DNA of 46,696 nt, taken from the NCBI GenBank assembly GCA_945836135.1, contig CAMAKT010000001.1, positions 1 to 46,696 of the forward strand, read 5' to 3'. The stretch's first letter is position 1. Each line of letters starts with the position of its first letter. The notes under the pieces were generated by a model. That model did no database searches, was not told the origin of the DNA, and saw only the letters and a list, made by a program, of their open reading frames with translations. This document shows, piece after piece, positions 42,573 to 46,696 of this stretch. The DNA is from an uncultured Clostridia bacterium. Lineage in GTDB: Bacteria > Bacillota > Clostridia > Lachnospirales > Lachnospiraceae. Both the position numbers and the translations under genes were made by a program.

Positions 42573-43941
42573 GATTTGTCTCCTTTACTTTAATTTTACA
42601 CTTTTTCCAAAGATTTGTTTTATATACAATATATAATATCAAAGATGATATTCCGTTGCTGACAACAACCGAATACCATACGCTCCTGACCCCCATATGC
42701 AGGACACTCTCACATATAAAAAGCGTCAGAAATCTGAATACCCACAGTCTTGTGGCATCCACAAGCATTGTGACCTCCGTATGCCCCGTACCCTGAAAAA
42801 GTCCGGATGTGGAATTGTATATTCCGTTGGTCCAACACCAGAATGCCATAATCGACAGGAAGTCCGCTGCCATGGCAACCACAGCCTCATCATCATTAAA
42901 GATGCTGACTATAGCCTTGGAGACAGGTGCCCTCGACAAAATCATACCGCCTATAAACAAAAAAACAACACAAATATTTCTCGATAATATATATCCTTTT
43001 CTGGCGCGTTCTACTTGTCCTGCACCCATATTCTGTCCTACTATGGTAGCAGTGGCAGAGCCTATACCGTTAGACGGAAGCGTTATAAGGCTGTTAACCT
43101 TATTTCCGATACCGTATGCTGCCATGGCCTCAGTGCCATACTTGTACACATTTTTACTCATAAGGAGAAAGCCAAACTGCATGGTGCTTCCGCCGATGGC
43201 AGTCGGCAACCCTATCCTTAAAATATCCTTAAGTTTATCCTTTTCAAACCTGAAGCCCCTAAATGTCAGATATACCTGATTGTTCCTGTTAAGAAGTGAA
43301 CACAGTGCAATGACCGCAGGCGGCACCTTGGCAAACAGGGTTGCAAACGCAGCTCCGGCAATCCCCCATTTCCATACCACCATAAAAAGGGGATCCATTA
43401 TCATGTTAAGAACTATGCCCACCACATTTAACAGCATCGGATGCAGCGTATCCCCCTGAGCCTGATTTATAGCCGTGTACATATTAATTGTAAACAGAAA
43501 AGGCATGTCCAGAATAACAATCTGAAGGTACTGCCTGCTGTATGTATATATGCTCCCATCAGCTCCGAGCCATGAGACAATTCCCCAGGCTGCAGCAAAG
43601 CATGCAGCCGCACATGCAATAGAAAAAAGCATAGCGCAGACATATATCTGGCTCGCCATCTTCTTAGCCTCTGCCACCGCCTTCGCACCGATATACTGCG
43701 CCACCAGAACAGAACCTGCCACAGTAATACCTGCACCAAAATTAATAACTATATTCTGAACCGGAGTCACCAGATTAATTGCCGCCAGCTCTTCTTTGCC
43801 TATATGTCCGAGCCAGTAGGTGTCCGTCAGATTATACATTGTCTGTAAAAAACTGTTGATTACAACAGGAACAGCCAGCGACAAAATAGCCTTGAGCATA
43901 TTTCCGCTTAAAATCAAATCACTGTTATTTTTCCGTGCCAT
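42565..43941 (-). CDS. MATE-family efflux transporter
   Basis: It has 12 TM segments. The N-terminal pattern is LAVPVVINSFLQTMYNLTDTYWLGHIGKEELAA. GGAGG lies 6 nt upstream. Confidence 0.9.
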   Translation of the reverse strand: MARKNNSDLILSGNMLKAILSLAVPVVINSFLQTMYNLTDTYWLGHIGKEELAAINLVTPVQNIVINFGAGITVAGSVLVAQYIGAKAVAEAKKMASQIYVCAMLFSIACAAACFAAAWGIVSWLGADGSIYTYSRQYLQIVILDMPFLFTINMYTAINQAQGDTLHPMLLNVVGIVLNMIMDPLFMVVWKWGIAGAAFATLFAKVPPAVIALCSLLNRNNQVYLTFRGFRFEKDKLKDILRIGLPTAIGGSTMQFGFLLMSKNVYKYGTEAMAAYGIGNKVNSLITLPSNGIGSATATIVGQNMGAGQVERARKGYILSRNICVVFLFIGGMILSRAPVSKAIVSIFNDDEAVVAMAADFLSIMAFWCWTNGIYNSTSGLFQGTGHTEVTMLVDATRLWVFRFLTLFICESVLHMGVRSVWYSVVVSNGISSLILYIVYKTNLWKKCKIKVKETNHV

Positions 43942-44115
43942 TACAAGCCTCCGAACCGATTATACTATTACTTACAGTTTCTATTGAAATATACTACATT
44001 TTTAGCGTAATATCCACTGCTTTATTAATTAAATTGCATTTTTCTACTGTTTTTTTTACTTGACAGTATATATAATTAATTTGTAATATGTTGCCAGATG
44101 AAGGAGGCTTTTTGT

Positions 44116-44949
44116 ATGATATTAAGCGATAAACAAAAAGATTTTGACATTACACAGGTTAAAGGAAAAGCATATACCGAGATGAAGGATGCACACTATC
44201 ATCCATATTATGAATTTTACTATCTTCTGTCAGGCACAAGAAAATTATTTATTAATGACACAATATATTCTGTCAAGCACGGTGACCTTGTTATTATTCC
44301 CAAGGGTGAACTGCATCGCACCACATACATATCCGGCGATACCCATGAACGCATTGTAATGATATTCAGTGATGCATTTATTGCACAGCTTGTGGAGCAG
44401 ATTGGCGAGGATGCATTTAAAAGATGCATCACAAAAAGACAGCTTACGATTCCCACAAACCGCCGTGAATACATTGAAGAGCTGTTCGGCAAAATAATCC
44501 GTGAGCACAACGGCGTAGATTCCTATTCCGGATATATGCTCAAGCTGTATGTGGATGAGCTCATTATGTTCGTCCTTCGTTTCTGTGTCAACACCGAAAA
44601 AAACAATACCCCCGCGCAAATCGGTGATGATATCATATCGGATGCCGCTCATTTTATATCATGTAATTACGCCCAGGATATAAACTTAAAACAGCTTGCC
44701 GACAAGTACAATATGAGCCCATCTTATTTTTCGCGCAAGTTCAAGCTGTGCACCGGATTCGGCTACAAAGAATACTTAAGCACAATACGAATCATGGAAG
44801 CCTGTACCCTCTTACTTAAGACCAACCTGTCAATTACCGAGATTGCGCAGCAATGCGGCTTCGAGGACAGCAATTACTTCGGTGACAGCTTTAAAAAAGC
44901 CAAAGGAATATCACCAAGAGATTACAGAAAAGCCAATGGTGTCATATAG
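44116..44949 (+). CDS. AraC-family transcriptional regulator (N-terminal cupin sensor plus C-terminal dual HTH)
   Basis: The cupin-like N-terminus reads HYHPYYEFYYLLSG...GDLVIIPKGELH. The AraC HTH C-terminus reads NLKQLADKYNMSPSYFSRKFK...ITEIAQQCGFEDSNYFGDSFKK. ATG 44116 lies 8 nt after GAAGGAGG; the track start is 44098. Confidence 0.88.
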   Translation: MILSDKQKDFDITQVKGKAYTEMKDAHYHPYYEFYYLLSGTRKLFINDTIYSVKHGDLVIIPKGELHRTTYISGDTHERIVMIFSDAFIAQLVEQIGEDAFKRCITKRQLTIPTNRREYIEELFGKIIREHNGVDSYSGYMLKLYVDELIMFVLRFCVNTEKNNTPAQIGDDIISDAAHFISCNYAQDINLKQLADKYNMSPSYFSRKFKLCTGFGYKEYLSTIRIMEACTLLLKTNLSITEIAQQCGFEDSNYFGDSFKKAKGISPRDYRKANGVI

Positions 44950-44957
44950 CATCGGGA

Positions 44958-45380
44958 TTAATTCTGCTTAGCACATTTCTTGTATAGGTACTGAATGATA
45001 TCCTTACGTGTCACAATTCCGATAAATACATTGTCATCATCCACAACAGGTACAAAATTCTGCCTGATTGCCAAATCAATCAGGCTCTCCATTCTCGCCT
45101 CGGCATTAACCGGCTGGTTATTCACCCTACGCTTAATGTCCGAAATAGGAATCTCCTCTGCCTGTTCAAAGGTCACCACATTCTCATCCGCCATTTTCCA
45201 GAGCAGATCTCCCTCCGTAATCGTACCTACATACTTACCGTCCCTGCTGATAATCGGCATGGCGGTATACTTATGGAAACGTATCTTTTCCAATACCTGT
45301 CTTATGTTTGAATCCTCATATACATATACAACATCGCACTTCGGTGTAAGAAAAAATAAAACATTCTGCATATCGTTCAT
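44958..45380 (-). CDS. CBS-domain pair protein (140 aa)
   Basis: Two CBS repeats are present (...AMPIISRDGKYVGTITEGDLL... and ...FVPVVDDDNVFIGIVTRKDII...). AAGGAGG lies 6 nt upstream. Confidence 0.85.
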   Translation of the reverse strand: MNDMQNVLFFLTPKCDVVYVYEDSNIRQVLEKIRFHKYTAMPIISRDGKYVGTITEGDLLWKMADENVVTFEQAEEIPISDIKRRVNNQPVNAEARMESLIDLAIRQNFVPVVDDDNVFIGIVTRKDIIQYLYKKCAKQN

Positions 45381-45450
45381 CCTTTTCCTCCTTAGTTACT
45401 TATAGCTTAGCAAAAAAATGTGAACAGAATAAGTACAAAATGAAAAATAA

Positions 45451-45492
45451 AAAGAAAAATCCGATAAATCCAAAACTTAAGATTTATCGGAT
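45451..45492 (-). terminator. Intrinsic terminator of the GGDEF gene
   Basis: On the minus strand AUCCGAUAAAUC-loop-GAUUUAUCGGAU is followed by UUUUUCUUU. Confidence 0.85.
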
Positions 45493-45502
45493 GAATGCCT
45501 TT

Positions 45503-46696
45503 TTACTCAACCTGTTCCAATCGGCGATATAACTGGACAATCACTTTTTCATCTCCATACATAGCACTGGTAAATGAATATTCACAATGATGCGTAATAC
45601 CATCTACCTTACGATGAAAATGCAATGTATACATTCCCTGTTCATAGACTTCATTAAATAACACGTCAGGATGAAGAGCCTTAAGCAGGCTTTCTCTTTC
45701 ATCTTCACTAACATATAGCAGAACATACCCTTGAGTTTCTTCCCAAAAGTTACCGCCTTCAAATAATCGATTGATTCTACGATGACGGGAAATATCAGTT
45801 TGTATACTAACTAATTCTCTTGAAAGTGTCGTTGGATGAATAATCCATATTGCATTATACGTATTCGTCAAGCTACTTGCTAAACACTTTTCAACATCAG
45901 TCACGTCATCTCGCAAAACGCCATTCTTATTTTTAGCATTATTTGTTTCACCTAAAAGCATTAACGCATTCGTAATTTGTCCTCTTTGATTCTTATCCCC
46001 CGCTAAATATTCTACGTAATATTCCTTTCCGTCAACTCCGGTAAAGATATACGTAAGTGTCGGTGATGTTTTAAGTCTTCCCGACAAAGTATTAGGATTA
46101 ATAAATTCAGAAAAACGTAATTTATTCTTATTTTCTACTAGTTCCAACGTATTTTTAATAAATGGGATATATTCAACCGGATCACTCCAACCATATTCTC
46201 CACTGGCTATTTTAGTAAGTTTTGTCACCGCAACCTTATCTAAATCTAAGTGATACACTACCGAATAGCCATTCACTAACGCATGAATTAACGAACTTGT
46301 ACCTAAATTCAACGTTTCGTTTCGAACTTCATTTCCTACACCATCCAATTTACCTGACATTTCCGCTGTATAGATACAATACTGATTTCTTCCATTGGCT
46401 TTCGCCGTAAACAATGCCTGGTCAGCTTGACGAAACAAGAATTCCCATTCGCGATCACACGATAAAGTTGTGGTAATGCCAATACTATTTGTTATCTGAT
46501 AACCATCTAACATGAAATGTATTGTTTCATATATTGTTTGTGCAATTTCAGTTGAATCGAAAACAATCGGAACCATCAGTACGAATTCATCACCACCATA
46601 ACGAATAGCAAGAGATTGTTCACCAAGTATCTCCTTAATTCGTTCTGCTTCTTCTTTCAATACTTTATCTCCGAATTCATGTCCTCGCACATCATT
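45503..46696 (-). CDS. GGDEF-domain protein (diguanylate cyclase type), 5' end outside the window, with a roughly 290-aa C-terminal extension
   Basis: The reading frame is open to the window edge (...NDVRGHEFGDKVL...IRYGGDEFVLMVP...). Two repeated modules of unknown function follow the GGDEF domain. Confidence 0.8.
   Translation of the reverse strand, partial: NDVRGHEFGDKVLKEEAERIKEILGEQSLAIRYGGDEFVLMVPIVFDSTEIAQTIYETIHFMLDGYQITNSIGITTTLSCDREWEFLFRQADQALFTAKANGRNQYCIYTAEMSGKLDGVGNEVRNETLNLGTSSLIHALVNGYSVVYHLDLDKVAVTKLTKIASGEYGWSDPVEYIPFIKNTLELVENKNKLRFSEFINPNTLSGRLKTSPTLTYIFTGVDGKEYYVEYLAGDKNQRGQITNALMLLGETNNAKNKNGVLRDDVTDVEKCLASSLTNTYNAIWIIHPTTLSRELVSIQTDISRHRRINRLFEGGNFWEETQGYVLLYVSEDERESLLKALHPDVLFNEVYEQGMYTLHFHRKVDGITHHCEYSFTSAMYGDEKVIVQLYRRLEQVE

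Overview
This is a 46.7-kb chromosomal segment from a low-GC Gram-positive anaerobe. The protein sequences look Clostridia/Lachnospiraceae-like, but that is an inference with no search run. There are about 42 real genes, roughly 85% on the minus strand and tightly packed. I re-derived several starts from Shine-Dalgarno spacing, because the ORF track over-extends some N-termini.

Housekeeping core:
- ppdK (5' part; it runs off the window, so it is absent from the ORF track)
- glyQS, recO, era, guaB, lepB, single-chain purL, a DegV protein and an M16C peptidase
- FMN riboswitch plus ribU
- infC-rpmI-rplT, with an ATT start and a leader attenuator
- tRNA-Leu(AAG), tRNA-Leu(CAG) and tRNA-Asn(GTT)

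Regulatory RNA calls made by eye:
- FMN riboswitch (strong)
- yybP-ykoY/Mn2+-like riboswitch upstream of a CaCA antiporter (moderate)
- L20-type leader (moderate)
- an unclassified GC-rich terminator/antiterminator leader upstream of purL

Mobile and repeat content is minimal. There is one 182-bp MITE-like element with 14-bp terminal inverted repeats (TIRs) and an 8-bp target-site duplication, plus a 27-nt solo copy 15 kb away. I saw no CRISPR array, rRNA, transposase, integrase or phage genes.

No textbook novel system stands out. The three best candidate loci are listed below, and I cannot decide between them from sequence alone.
1. A translationally coupled five-gene operon at 20757-24195: three uncharacterised proteins, a LytTR response regulator and a sensor-less AgrC-type kinase. 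It sits upstream of a heterodimeric ABC exporter.
2. A HEAT-repeat protein plus a 684-aa cNMP-binding-like protein at 26052-28468. This lies in a tRNA-bracketed segment that also encodes a membrane-anchored degenerate Mrr-like protein.
3. An AraC-divergent, tightly coupled five-gene string at 35827-43941: MATE, an 806-aa toroid-like protein, a PD-(D/E)XK-XPD/DinG nuclease-helicase, an M14 AstE/AspA enzyme and a paralog lacking zinc ligands.
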